The notes: generated by a model from the letters alone, not told the origin. A stretch of 64,000 nt of DNA from an uncultured Actinomycetota bacterium (GCA_963743915.1 CAVURN010000003.1:384001-448000); one strand, 5' to 3'; counted from the stretch's first letter, positions 44,242 to 56,235 are shown. Numbers and translations: made by a program.

Positions 44242-46055
44242 TGGCACGTCTCCGAGCGCCTGAGCTACAAGGACGCGGCTGGCTGAACACCGGCGGCCGC
44301 CTGCTCAGTCTCTCCGAGCTCCGCGGCCGCTTCGTGCTCCTCGACTTCTGGACGTTCTGCTGTGCGAACTGCCTGCACGTCATCGATGAGCTGCGCCCAC
44401 TCGAGCACAAGTTCGCGGACGCGTTGACGGTCATCGGCGTCCACTCGCCGAAGTTCGAGTACGAGGCGGACGCCGCCGCGCTCGCCGCGGCGGTCGAACG
44501 CTACGAGGTGCACCACCCCGTGCTGGACGACCCTGACCTGATCACCTGGAAGCAGTACGGTGCGCGCGCCTGGCCAACGCTGGTGCTGATCGACCCGGAG
44601 GGCTACATCGTCGCCCAGCTCTCGGGTGAAGGGCATGCGCATGCGCTCGAGGCGCTGCTCGTCGAGCTGGTCGACCTGCATGCCGGACGCGGCACGCTCC
44701 ACGCCGGAGACGGACCGTACGTGCCACCGACGCCGGAGCCATCCACCCTGAGATTCCCCGCCAAGGCCCTCCGTCTGCACGACGGCACCCTTCTCGTCGC
44801 AGATGCCAGTCACCACTCTGTCGCCCATCTCGCAAACGACGGCGAGACACTCATCCGCCGCATCGGCAGCGGCGAGCGGGGCCTCGAGGACGGTCCGCCC
44901 GGGCAGGCACAGTTCAGCGAGCCCAACGGACTCTGCCTTCTGCCCCACGACACCGCCGTCACGGTCGGGTACGACGTCGTGGTGGCGGACACCGTCAACC
45001 ATGTGCTCCGTGGTGTGCGGCTCGACGACGGTCAGGTCACCACCGTTGCGGGCACCGGCGTCCAGTGGATGCAGGGCGATCCGCTGCCGGATTCCGCCGA
45101 TCCACGGACGCCGCTCAGCTCCCCGTGGGATGTCGTCTGGCACGACTCGTGGGGTGCGGTCGCTGTCGCGATGGCAGGCATCCATCAGATCTGGTCGTTC
45201 GACCCAGTGGCCCCGTCGCTCAGTGTGCGAGCCGGCACCACCCAGGAGGGACTCCTCGACGGTGAGATCGGCGACGCATGGTTCGCCCAGCCGTCCGGCT
45301 TGGCCACCGACGGTGATGCACTGTGGTTGGTCGACTCAGAGACGTCCAGTCTGCGCCGCATCCGCAACGGGGTCGTGCACACCGAGATCGGCACCGGGCT
45401 CTTCGACTTCGGTTTCGTCGACGGCGCTGCTGCTGACGCGATGCTCCAACATCCACTCGGCGTGCTGGTTCTGCCGAACGGATCGGTCCTGGTTGCCGAC
45501 ACCTACAACGGAGCCGTTCGACGCTTCGACCCAAACGCACGCACGGTGTCCACGCTCGCCAAGGACTTCACCGAGCCGTCGGGCCTGCTGCTCGACGGTG
45601 AGACGCTGATCGTCGTGGAGTCGGGCGCCCACCGGCTCACCCGCATCCCGCTCGCACAGGAGGTGCTGCAGGTGTCCGGCGACCGCCTGCGCACCCAGCG
45701 TCCGCCGACGCCGCTGCGGCCGGGACGCCTGACGCTGTCGGTGGCGTTCACGCCGCCACCAGGTCAGAAGCTGGACGACCGCTACGGGCCGTCCACCCAT
45801 CTGGTGGTCAGCAGCACTCCGTCCGGAGCTGCTCTCCGACGGTGCCGGCACCGGCACCGACCTCACGCGCACCGCTCACGCTGTCGGACGCCGTGACGTC
45901 CGGCGTGCTCCACGTGTCGGCGCGGGCGGCGTCCTGCGACGACGGTGACGCCGAGTTCCCCGCCTGCCACGTGCACCAGCAGGACTGGGGCGTGCCGGTC
46001 GAGGTGGACGCGGCGGGGGCGTCCGAGCTGACCCTGCCCGCTCGCCGCCCACTGA
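44241..46055 (+). CDS. Thioredoxin-like plus NHL-repeat protein (NHLRC2-like; C-terminal frameshifts, end approximate)
   Basis: DFWTFCCANC, GVHSPKF, NHL blades (FSEPNGL, LSSPWDV, FAQPSGL, LQHPLGV). Confidence 0.9.
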
Positions 46056-46067
46056 CCGGACACGCGA

Positions 46068-46111
46068 CAACGTGTGAGCCGGGCGCCTATGACGCCCGAG
46101 ACTACACGTTG
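46068..46111. terminator. Hairpin between convergent genes
   Basis: CAACGTGT/ACACGTTG outer stem with CGGGCG/CGCCCG inner stem. Confidence 0.5.
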
Positions 46112-46117
46112 CGGTGA

Positions 46118-48314
46118 CTAGAGGGTGATGCGGCGCATGCCCTCCGTCCGACCTCCAGCGTCAGCAGCTCGTCCTCGAGGGTCGGCTCGCTCGACCGGGA
46201 GCGCCTCGGCACCGTGCAGCTCGACGTGCGGCAGGACGCGGTCCAGCCAGCTCGGCAGCCACCAGGCCCGCTCCCCCAGCAGTGCCATGCTCGCGGGGAG
46301 CAGCACCATCCGGACGACCGTGGCGTCGACGAGGATCGCCGTCGCCAGCGCGATGCCGATCATCTTGATCTCGACCAGCGGGTCGGCCGCGAACCCGGCG
46401 AACACGGCGACCATGATGGCGGCCGCGCTGGTGACGACCTTGGCCGTCGAGCCGAGCCCACCGAGCACTGCTCGCTGCGCGTCACGTCCACGCGTCCACT
46501 CCTCGCGGATGCGGGACATGATGAACACCTCGTAGTCCATCGACAGGCCGAACAGGATCGCGAAGGTGATCACCGGCAGGTACGCCGGGATCGGTGCACC
46601 GGCGGGGACGCCGAGCAGCTCCGAGCCCCAGCCCCAGGTGAAGATCGCGGTGAGCACGCCCATCGCCGCACCGAGCGACAGCAGGTTCATCACCGCGGCC
46701 TTCACCGGCACCGCCACGGAACGGAACGCGACGAGCAGCAGCAGCATCGACGTCAGCACGACGGCTGCTGACGACCCAGGGGAAGCGCTCCTGCATCCGG
46801 TCGCTGAAGTCGTCGTTGATCGCGACCGCTCCGGTGATCTCGACGCCGTCGGGCAGCTCGGCGCGCAGTCGGTCGAGCAGCTCGCCGGTCGCCTCGTCCT
46901 GTGCGCCCTGCGTCGGGGTGACGTTGACGACCGCCACTGCACGGTCCTGCGAGACCAGCGCCGGCGCCACCGAGGCGACGGCGTCGTCCTGCGCCACCTG
47001 CGCAGCGACCGACTCGAGCTCGGACGCCGGCACCTGCGCGGTGTCCGCGACCAGCAGGAACGGGCTCATGCTGCCCTCACCGAACGCGTCGACCATCAGG
47101 TCGTGCGCCTGGCGGACCGTGGTGTCCTCGCCGGCGGTGCTGGCGTCCGGCTGGCCGGTCCGCATCGCCAACGCGGGTGCACCGAGCGCGACGAGCAGCA
47201 CGGCGGCACCCACGCCCCAGATCACCGGACGCCGTCCGACGACCGTCGCCCACCGCACGGCGAGCGGCTCGCGGGCGGTGCGACCTGCACCCGCAGGGTG
47301 CAGCACCTGGCCGGTGGCGATCGCGCGACGCTCACGGCGTCCGAACACCCGCAGCTTGGCCAGCCCCATCAGCGCGGGGACGAGCGTGACCGCAGCGACC
47401 ATCGAGACCGCCACGACCATGCCGGGGGCTGCGCCGAGCGTCACCAGGTTCGGGACGCCGCACAGCGCCAGACCGGCGAGCGAGATGATCACTGCGGTAC
47501 CGGCGAAGAGCACCGCCTGGCCGGCGGTCGCGGTGGCGTCCGCTGCGGCGTCAGGCACGGACCGACCGGCCCGCAGACCCTCGCGGTGCCTCGTGAGCAC
47601 GAAGAGGGCGTAGTCGATGCCGACGCCGAGGCCGACCATGGTGGCGAGCGTCGGAGCGACCGAGCTCACCTGCGTGGCACCGGCGAGCACGGCGATGGCC
47701 GCCGAGCCGATGCCCAGCCCGATCAGCGCGGTCGCGAGCGGCAGTCCGGCGGCGACGATCGACCCGAAGGCGATCAGCAGGATCACGAGCGCGACCGCGA
47801 TGCCGATCAGCTCGGCGGTGCCCTCGATCTCCTGCGCCGCCTCGGTGACCCAGCCGCCGTACTCGACGCGGACGCCGGTGCCGTCGGTCGCGTCCGCGGT
47901 GGCCTGCTCGAGGTCGGCGAAGCCGGCTGCCTCGGTGACCTCGGTGATGGGCAGGTCGTACTGGACGCCGAGCGCGACGGTCGTGCCGTCCGGAGCCGCG
48001 GCGGGGGTCACGGCGCTCACGTGGTCCAGGCCGGCATAGGTCATCGGTGAGGTCCGCGACCAGCGACTGCGGGACGCCCGCCTCGTCGTGCAGCACGACG
48101 GTGGCGGTGGCGCCGGACAGCTCCGGCATGTGGGCGTCCAACAGCTCCTGGGCCTTGCCGGACGACGTACCGGGCATCGTGTAGTCGTCGTCGAACGACC
48201 GCCGATCGCACCGGCGGTGGCGAAGGCAAGGACAGCGGCGACGACCCAGAGGCCGATCATCCGCCAGGGGTGGGTGGCCGACCATCGACCGAGGTGGTGG
48301 AGCAGGCGAGACAT
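46118..48314 (-). CDS. MmpL-family (RND) membrane transporter (frameshifts near 48200, 48040, 46770)
   Basis: GLGVGIDYALF, FGLSMDYEVF, DATVVRMVLLPA; RBS AGGAAGGA. Confidence 0.92.
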
Positions 48315-48379
48315 CGTGGGGGTCCTTCCTTGTGGGCTTCCCATTCGCTGGGGCCGGCGGTCTGTCGACCCGGTGCCCC

Positions 48380-48425
48380 ACCGTGGCCCCGACCCGCTGG
48401 AAGCCGGCTTGGAGCCGGCTTGGAG
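48380..48425 (-). promoter_or_regulatory. SARP-type triple direct repeat (CTCCAAG, CTCCAAG, CTTCCAG; period 11) plus -10 CACGGT upstream of MmpL
   Basis: Plus-strand heptamers at 48397, 48408 and 48419. Confidence 0.78.
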
Positions 48426-48480
48426 GGGCTACCCTGCGGGCCTGTGAACGAGCTCCCGGCGTGACGCGGCAGACGCCTCG

Positions 48481-51400
48481 GTGAGCGTCGCGGTCCTCGG
48501 CGTCACCGAGGCGTGCGACGCCAGGGGCGCGCCGATCGACGTCGGTACGCCCAAGCAGCGAGCCCTGCTGGCCGCGCTCGCCCTGCAGCGGGGCCGCTCG
48601 GTCTCGGTGGGGGCGCTGGAGGAGATCCTCTGGGGTGAGGAGCCGCCCGCCGCGGTGGCGGCGTCCCTGCAGGCCTATGTCTCGGGGCTGCGCAAGGCGC
48701 TGGAGCCGGATCGACCCCCACGTACCCCGGCGCGGGTCGTGGTCACCGCGGTCCCCGGCTATGCGCTGCGCGTACCCGCCGAGGCACTGGACGCCGAGCG
48801 CTTCACCGCGACCGTCACCGACGTCCACCGGGGCCTGACTCCGGACGCCGGGTTCGACGGCTCGGTGCTGGCGTCCGCGGACGAGGGGACGCTGGCGCGC
48901 CACCGCGCGGCGCTCGAGCAGGTGCTGGCGCTCTGGCGGGGCGAGCCGCTATGCCGACCTCGGTGACGCACCGGCAGCCGTCGCCGAGCGAGCACGGCTG
49001 GACGACCTGCGGCTGGTGGCGCTGCTCGACCTCGCGAGCATCCGGCTGGCGCAGGGCGAGCACGCCGCCCTGGCCGGTGAGCTCGCCCCGCTGCGTCACG
49101 AGTTCCCGCTGCACGAGGGGGTGGCCCTCCGGCAGGTCGTCGCCGAGTACCGGTGCGGGCGGCAGGCGGATGCGCTGGCCACGCTGAGGGCGGTGCGCGA
49201 CGAGCTCGGCGAGACGCTGGGCGTCGACCCGGGGCCGGCCCTGCAGGCGCTCGAGCTCGCGGTGCTGCGGCAGGACCCCGCCCTCGACTGGTTCCCCCCG
49301 AGCGCAGCGACGCGAGGACGCAGGGGTCACCCGCGCCGAGCCTGCTCCGGCCGCTCCCGTCGACTTGGGGTCGCTGCAGACCGGCGACCCGCGTCTGTGG
49401 CCCGTCGTGGGACGTGAGTCCGAGCTGGCGGCGCTGAACGCCCAGCTGGACGCGGCGTCCTCCAGCCACACCGGGTTCGCCCTGTTGGTCGGTGAGCCCG
49501 GCATCGGCAAGACCCGGCTGGTCGAAGAGGTGATGGCCCGAGCGCGCGTCCGTGGTTTCGTCGCGCTGGGTGGTCGCTGCTCCGAGGACGAGGGCGCGCC
49601 ACCGCTGTGGCCGTGGCGCAGCATCCTCGCGTCGCTGCACGCGCAGCTGCCGGCCGACACCTGGAGCGAGGTCATCGCGCCGTATGCCGCGCACCTGGCC
49701 GACCTGCTGCCGCCGGAAGCCCTGCTCGACCTCGGCCCGCTGGCCGACGTGTCCGGCGAGGGCGAGGCCGAGCAGCGCTTCCGGGTGTGGGACGCCGTCA
49801 GCGGTCTGCTGACGTCGGTGGCCGCACGCCGACCGGTGCTGGTGGTGCTGGACGACCTGCACTGGGCGGACACGTCGTCGCTGCGCCTGCTTCGCCACCT
49901 TGCGCAGTCGGTGCCCGAGACCGCCCTCCTGGTCGTGGGGACGCGTCGGCCCAACCCCGAGCCCGAGGGGGCACTTGCCGAGGTCGGGGAGGCAGTGGCG
50001 CGACGTCACGGCCTGCGGCTCGACCTCGTCGGGCTGGAAGCCGCCGATGTGGTCCAGCTGGTGGAGGCGGCAGGCGGCCAGACCCCCTCAGCGGAACGCG
50101 CCGAACAGCTGCGCGCGCGTACCGACGGCAACCCGTTCTTCGTCGTCGAGCTGGTGCGGTGGCAGGGGTCGGGCACAGCCGGGCAGGAGGTGCCGACGTT
50201 GGTCTCCGACGTCGTCGCCCGCCGCATCGACCAGCTCCCCTCGGCCACCCGGCAGGTGATTCGCAGCGCGGCGGTGCTCGGACGGACGTTCGACCTGGAC
50301 GTGCTGGCGCAGCTGCGGGACGAGGATGAGGACGAGGTCCTGGACGAGCTCGACCCGGCCCTCGCCGCGGGCATCGTGTTCGAGTCGCGCACCCAGGTGG
50401 GCCAGTTCCGGTTTCGCGCACGCTCTGGTGCAGGAGGCCGTCTACCACGGGATGAGCGCCGTGCGGCGCGCGCGTCGTCACGCCGAGGCGGCGCAGGTGC
50501 TGGCCGACCACCCCGCGGAGGCGGCGCACCACTGGCTCGCTGCCGGTCCGTCTCACGCCGGCAATGCGTGGCGCGCGGCGTCACTGGCGGCCGAGGAGGC
50601 CCGGCGGGTCTTCGGCCACGAGGAGGTGGCGCGGCTGCTCGGCGCCGCGCTGCAGGCACAGCGCGACGACCCGACGGCGACGCCCGCGGAGCGGTACGAG
50701 CTGCTGATGCGGAGGGGGGACGCGTGCCGCTGGGCCGCTGACGTGCGTGGGTTGGACGCCTGCCTCGCCGAGGCGATCGAGGTCGCCCGGTCGATGGGTG
50801 ACTACGAACGCGTGGCGCGGGCGGCGGTCGGGACCACCGAAGGCTCGTTGTGGTCGACCCGCGACTACGGCGTGGTCGAGCCCGAGCTGGTGGACGCGCT
50901 CGACGCCGTCCTGCGCGAGCTGCCGGCCGGCGACGGCGAGCTGCGCTGCCGCGCGATGCTCTCGTTGGCCAGCGAGCTGTTCTACGCCAACGAGCCGGAG
51001 CGCAGCGAGGCCCTCATCGACGAGGGGTTGGCGATGGCGCGCCGGCTCGACGACCCGCGGCTGGCCCTGTGGGCGCTGCAGACTGCTTTCGTCGCGCGTT
51101 GGCGTTCCCGCTTCGCCGAGCAGCGACTGGTACTGGCCGATGAGGCCGTCCGGCTGGCTGAGCGCCTCGAGGACGAGACCGCGGAGGCCATGGTGCGCAC
51201 GCTCCGCGCGGCGTCGGCCCAGGAGCTGGGTGACATCGACCTGATGCGCGCGGACATGGCCCGCGTACGCGCGATCGCCGGACCGCGACGGTTGGCGTTC
51301 CCGCTGCTGCTCCTCGGGTGGATGGAGGTGCCGTGGTTGGCGATGGCCGGCGAGTTCGACGCCGCCGAGGAGCTCTTCGCCCGCACCGTGGCGATCAACG

Positions 51401-51939
51401 AGACCACGACGGTCCGTCAGCGGCCCGAGGTGGTGTTCGGCGCGCTGCTGTCGCATGCGGTACTGGCAGGGACGCACCGACGAGCTGCTGCCGATGATCG
51501 ACGCGATGGCGGGCAGCCCCATGAAGGTCATCGGTCTGACGAAGGTCTTTCTGCTCGTGCATGCCGATCGGGTCGACGAGGCGCGCGTCGCGGCGTCCGA
51601 GCAGCACGTCGACCCTGCGACCTTCCCGATCAGCGATGACTGGCTGACGCTGGTGACGCTGTACCAGGTGGCCCGCATCGCGGTGGCGTTCGAGGACAGG
51701 GTCGCGTGCAGCCGGGCCTACGAGCAGCTGTCGCCGTTCGCAGGACACGTGGTGTCCGCGGGGTCTGCGGCCGCGATCGGCACCGTGAACGGCACCCTGG
51801 CGCTGCTGGCTGCTGCACTCGGCGAGCGCGATCTCGCCACCACGCACGCCGACCAGGCAGCTGCCCAGCTGAAGACGTGGGGAGTCCCGTCGGGGCGAGG
51901 CAGAGCTGGCGCAGTGGCGAGAGCGCTACGAGCTTCTGA
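48481..51939 (+). CDS. Large AfsR/SARP-type regulator: OmpR-HTH, BTAD, AAA ATPase and helical C-terminus (about 5 frameshifts)
   Basis: KQRALLAALAL, LALWRGEP, LGVDPGPAL, GEPGIGKTRL, LDDLHWAD, TDGNPFF, FAHALV. Confidence 0.9.
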
Positions 51940-51950
51940 GCCTGCACGGG

Positions 51951-52673
51951 TCAGGCGTACCGGAAGGCGCGGTGCTCCTTTTGCTCGAACGAGCGCCGGA
52001 ACACCCGTCCGACGCCGAGCAGCATCGGCCCGCCGAACGCCTTGACGCGCGGCATGGCGTAGGTCGGCATCTCGTGGAGCACCCACGGGACGAGAAAGGC
52101 AAGCTGGGCCGGCTTCGTGCGCTCGGCCTTCTCCATCGCCTCCCAGTCGGCCGGGGTGAGGTAGCGCTGCACGAGCGGCAACGCCGACTGCTCCTCGTGC
52201 GCCATGTGGCGACCGACACTGTCCCTGCCCGCAACCATCCGGACCTCCAGCGCGTGGCGCCCGTCCGCATCAGGGGCGGTCACCATGCGGTCCAGCCCTT
52301 GCGCGATGGCCTCGAGGAGAGGGTCGATCTCGGTGTGCTCAGACGCCATGACACGTAGCACCTCGTGGCCGTCCTCGTCGCCTGCCTCCGCGACCGCCCT
52401 CTGCAGCCGGGGCCAGAGCTCGGCGTCCTCGAGGCCGTGGTGGTTGTGCAAGGTGATGGAGTACTTCGCCCATCGGTCACGCAGTGCCGTCCACGTGTCC
52501 CCGTCGTCGCGAGGCGTGCGGGTGACAGCCTGGACGAACCGGGCGAGGTCGCGACGGAAGGCGAAGTGCATGAGGAACATGCCGATCATGTCGACCGGTC
52601 CCTCGGGCGCAGCGGTCTGCCCGGGCAGGGTGATCTGCGTGACATTGGGCTGGTGTGCGCTGTCGCGGGTCAT
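51951..52673 (-). CDS. Hemerythrin-like (HHE cation-binding) domain protein
   Basis: MHFAFRRDL, LHNHHGLED, EH..ID, HMAHEE; RBS GAGGGAG. Confidence 0.9.
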   Translation of the reverse strand: MTRDSAHQPNVTQITLPGQTAAPEGPVDMIGMFLMHFAFRRDLARFVQAVTRTPRDDGDTWTALRDRWAKYSITLHNHHGLEDAELWPRLQRAVAEAGDEDGHEVLRVMASEHTEIDPLLEAIAQGLDRMVTAPDADGRHALEVRMVAGRDSVGRHMAHEEQSALPLVQRYLTPADWEAMEKAERTKPAQLAFLVPWVLHEMPTYAMPRVKAFGGPMLLGVGRVFRRSFEQKEHRAFRYA

Positions 52674-52714
52674 CGGGACTCCCTCGGGACTGACCGGGCC
52701 TTCCGGCGAGCAGC

Positions 52715-52759
52715 AGAATGCCCCACCGGCGTTGGAACCCGCTTGGAGTCGGCTTGGCG
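52715..52759 (-). promoter_or_regulatory. SARP-type triple direct repeat (CGCCAAG, CTCCAAG, TTCCAAC; period 11) plus -10 CATTCT upstream of the hemerythrin gene
   Basis: Plus-strand heptamers at 52731, 52742 and 52753; same motif as at 48397-48425. Confidence 0.78.
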
Positions 52760-52761
52760 CG

Positions 52762-54588
52762 TCAGAAGGCGGACTCGGCCAGCTCCATGAGGTCGTCGTC
52801 CGTCGCCTCGAGGATCGCGCGCTCGGCCGCGAGGTGCGGCAGCACCTGGGCGGTGAACCAGCGGGCGGCCGCCACCTTGCCCCGGTAGAAGTCGGCGTCG
52901 GACGCCGACGCGTCACCGTTCCAGCGCCGCGAGAGCGACCTCGGCCTGACGGAGCAGCAGCCAGGCGACGACGACGTCCCCCACCGCGAACAGCAGTCGC
53001 GTGGTGTTGAGCCCGGCGCGGTAGACCGACTCCGGCTCGGTGGCCGACGCCTGGGCGAAGCCGGCCATGGCGGCGATCATCGCCTGCACGTCCTGCCAGT
53101 GCGCGCCCGAGCTGCGCGCGCTCGCCCGCGAGTGCCGTTGGGCCGCTCGCCGCGAATGCGCCGATCTGCTCGGCCGAGCCGGGTGATGGCGCCGAACTCG
53201 TCCCGCACCATCTTGCGGAAGAACAGGTCCAGTCCCTGGATCGCCGTCGTCCCCTCGTAGAGGGTGTCGATCTTGGCGTCCCGGATGTACTGCTCGATGG
53301 GGTAGTCCTGCAGGTAGCCGGATCCGCCGAAGCACTGCAGCGACTCCGCCAGCAGCGCGTAGGACTTCTCCGACCCGTATCCCTTCACCAGGGGCAGCAG
53401 CAGGTCGTTCAGCGCGCGGTCGGCCGCTGCGTCCTCGCCGGTGGTGTGTTTCATCTCGACGGTGTCCTGCACGGAGGCGGTGAAGAGAACCAGCGCGCGC
53501 ATTCCTTCGCTGTACGCCTTCTGCGTCATCAGTGAACGGCGGACGTCGGGGTGGTGGATCACGGTCACACGCGGAGCGCTCTTGTCAGCGGAACGCGTGA
53601 GGTCCGCGCCTTGGACCCGCGTCTTGGTGTACTCCAGTGCGTTCAGGTAACCGGTGGACAGGGTTGCGATGGCCTTGGTGCCGACGAGCATGCGGGCGAA
53701 CTCGATCACCTTGAACATCTGGGCGATGCCGTCGTGCACCTCGCCGACGAGCCAGCCGACCGCGGGTTCGCGCTCGCCGAACGTCAGCTCGCAGGTGGTG
53801 GACGCCTTCAGCCCCATCTTGTGCTCGACGTTGGTGGCGTACACGCCGTTGCGCGTGAGCAGGTCGCCCGTCGACCAGTCGACGTGGAACTTGGGGACGA
53901 GGAAGAGCGAGAGCCCCTTGGTGCCGGGGCCGGCGCCCTCGGGGCGGGCGAGCACCAGATGGATGAGGTTGTCGGTCATGTCGTGCTCGCCAGAGGTGAT
54001 GAACCGCTTGACGCCGGTGATGTGCCACGACCCGTCCGGCTGCAGGGATGCGGACGTGCGACCCGACCCGACGTCGCTTCCCGCGTCCGGCTCGGTGAGC
54101 ACCATCGTCGCGCCCCACCGCTTCTGCGCCCACACCTGCGCCCACTGCTTCTGTTCGTCGGTACCGAGGTCGTAGAAGACGCGCGCGAATGCCGGCCCCA
54201 TGCCGAAGAAGTGGATGGCCGGGTTGCTGCCGAGCACCATCTCGGCGATCGCCCAGCGCAGGGACGGCGGGATCGGCGTTCCGCCGAGCTCGGCCGGAAG
54301 GTCGAGATCGGCCCAGCCGCCCTCGAGGTAGGCGTGGAACGCCTTGGCGAACTCCTGCGGCATCGTCACGCTGTGGGAGGTCGGGTCGAAGACCGGCGGT
54401 GTGCGGTCACCTGAGGTGAAGGCGTCCGCGAGAGTCGTGGTGGCCAGGTGCTCGACCTCGCGCAGCAGCGCGCGGCCGGTGTCGACGTCGACCTCGGTGT
54501 AGGGCCCGGTGCCGAGGAGCTGGTCCCGCCGCAGTACCTCGAACAGCATGAACTCGATGTCGCGGAGGTTCGCGCGGTAGTGGCCCAT
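52762..54588 (-). CDS. Acyl-CoA dehydrogenase (FadE5-like; frameshifts in the C-terminal quarter)
   Basis: [50 protein letters not shown]. Confidence 0.93.
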
Positions 54589-54606
54589 GGCCTACCCCCT
54601 CGGGTC

Positions 54607-54645
54607 GTTACCGACGAGTAACCCAGTGTGCTACTCATCGGTAAC
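54607..54645. promoter_or_regulatory. Tandem palindromic operators GTTAC-N6-GTAAC (54607-54622) and GCTAC-N6-GTAAC (54630-54645)
   Basis: The two 16-mers are inverted copies of each other (14/16), just upstream of the acyl-CoA dehydrogenase. Confidence 0.7.
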
Positions 54646-54674
54646 GTCTGGCAAGCACTTGAGGCAGCCAGAGA

Positions 54675-54720
54675 CCCGTCGAGTGTCCCCTGGGGGAGGT
54701 CCAGGCCCGTCGAGCGTCCG
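54675..54720. repeat. Dispersed intergenic repeat family B, copy 2 (CCCGTCGAGTGTCC-N17-CCCGTCGAGCGTCC)
   Basis: Internal direct repeat, period 31; aligns with 33037-33083 including the spacer. Confidence 0.65.
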
Positions 54721-55539
54721 TCAGCAGGCGCGGTAGACGTAGTTCTTGGTGCCGGGAGCCGTGACCTGCAGGTTCCGCAGCACCACCGAAAGCTTGTCGG
54801 CCCAGTGGTTGCAGGTGAACCGGAAGTCCTGGCGCCGGTACTCGATCACGTAGACCTGGTCGCCGTACGCGTCGACGTAGTTGCGGCACTCGCGCCAGCG
54901 CCCGCACTCCTCGGCGATGGCGAAGTCGAAGCCGGTTGCCGCCCCGCGCATCGTCTGCCCGGCGGCGTTCTTCTGCCCGATGGGCAGTCCTTCGCTGTGG
55001 GCGCGCTCGATGAGCAGCGCCGCGTACGCGAATGCGTCGTCCTTGGTGATCAGCTTCTTCGACCGCGTCCACGAGTCGAGGTTGTCCGGCTCGATGGCGT
55101 CGAAGCCGTCCTCACCACAGCCCGCGATCCAGCGGCCGACGATCTTGGCCAGCGCCTGTCGTTTGGCGGGCGTGCGGATGTCGAACAGGATCTCGCCCCA
55201 GAAGCCGTCGACGACGAAGTCGCCGTCCTTCTTCAGCAGCAGGTTCCGGTGGTGGTTCTTCCACCAGCGGACCTCGGCCTCCTGCGTCTGGTAGGCGTTG
55301 ACGTAGCAGATCGTGTAGCCCTTGGCGAAGGGTCGGGCCTCGCGGTCGCGTGACACCAGGCTCACACCGTCGCGCGGCGCGTAGGGGTCGCCGATCTGGT
55401 AGTCCCACTTGCTGTTGGCCGGTGGCAGCTCGAGCACCGGACCGGCTGACGCCGGCAGCGCAGCGAACAGGGAAGCGAGCAGCATCGTGCAGACGCCGAT
55501 CAGTGCGCCAACGGAGACCGACCCTGCCCGAGTCCTCAC
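54721..55539 (-). CDS. Secreted endo-alpha-1,4-polygalactosaminidase (GH114)
   Basis: Signal peptide; WDYQIG, ICYVNAYQTQ, GFDAIEPDNLD, QKNA, FDFAIAEEC. Confidence 0.88.
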   Translation of the reverse strand: MRTRAGSVSVGALIGVCTMLLASLFAALPASAGPVLELPPANSKWDYQIGDPYAPRDGVSLVSRDREARPFAKGYTICYVNAYQTQEAEVRWWKNHHRNLLLKKDGDFVVDGFWGEILFDIRTPAKRQALAKIVGRWIAGCGEDGFDAIEPDNLDSWTRSKKLITKDDAFAYAALLIERAHSEGLPIGQKNAAGQTMRGAATGFDFAIAEECGRWRECRNYVDAYGDQVYVIEYRRQDFRFTCNHWADKLSVVLRNLQVTAPGTKNYVYRAC

Positions 55540-55638
55540 GGTCGTTCCCTTCGTCGCGCCGTCACCTCAGGGCATCGTCGAAGTAGGGTCCTCCCCTGTC
55601 AAGGTGTCACCTGCACCCTGACGCCGTCGGACAGTGGG

Positions 55639-56235
55639 GTGGACCGCGTGAGTCGGAACTCCGTCGACCTGCTGTGGCTGCCGCTGGGGGTCGGTGGACG
55701 CACACCCCTGGTCCGTTGGAGTGGTCGCGCGTACGAGCAGCTGACAGCGCGCCGCAACCGGCGAGCACCCCAACAGCTGTTCCACGCCGGTCTGGAAGTG
55801 CTCTCCGACGGTGTCCGGTACACCGTGGAGATGACACCGGCCTGGGGCGTCCCGGACGCGGATCGTGGCGTCGCGGTCAGCGGACCCGTGCTCCTCGCCA
55901 CCCTCGGGCGGTCCCGCTTCTTCCGGTACGAGGTGCGACGTTGGCGTGACGGGGTGATCCCCGACCGTCGTCACGCCGTCGAGAGCCCGATCCGGGTCAG
56001 CGCGGACGCGGACCGAGCGGCAGGGCTTCTCGCTGCGGTGCCGCGATGCCCGGCGCTCATCTGGGGACGCGACGAGCTCGGCGTCGGTGATATGTGGAAC
56101 TCCAACTCGATCATCGCGTGGCTGCTCGCGACCAGCGGGCACGACCTGCGCGAGGTGAGACCACCGCAGGGAGGACGCGCACCGGGCTGGGCGGCGGGGT
56201 TGCACGCTGCAAGTGGCGGAACCGCGCGTTCCTGA
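55639..56235 (+). CDS. Hypothetical protein, possibly permuted papain-fold (PPPDE-like)
   Basis: LFHAGLEV and WNSNSIIAWLL...APGW motifs. Confidence 0.6.
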   Translation: MDRVSRNSVDLLWLPLGVGGRTPLVRWSGRAYEQLTARRNRRAPQQLFHAGLEVLSDGVRYTVEMTPAWGVPDADRGVAVSGPVLLATLGRSRFFRYEVRRWRDGVIPDRRHAVESPIRVSADADRAAGLLAAVPRCPALIWGRDELGVGDMWNSNSIIAWLLATSGHDLREVRPPQGGRAPGWAAGLHAASGGTARS

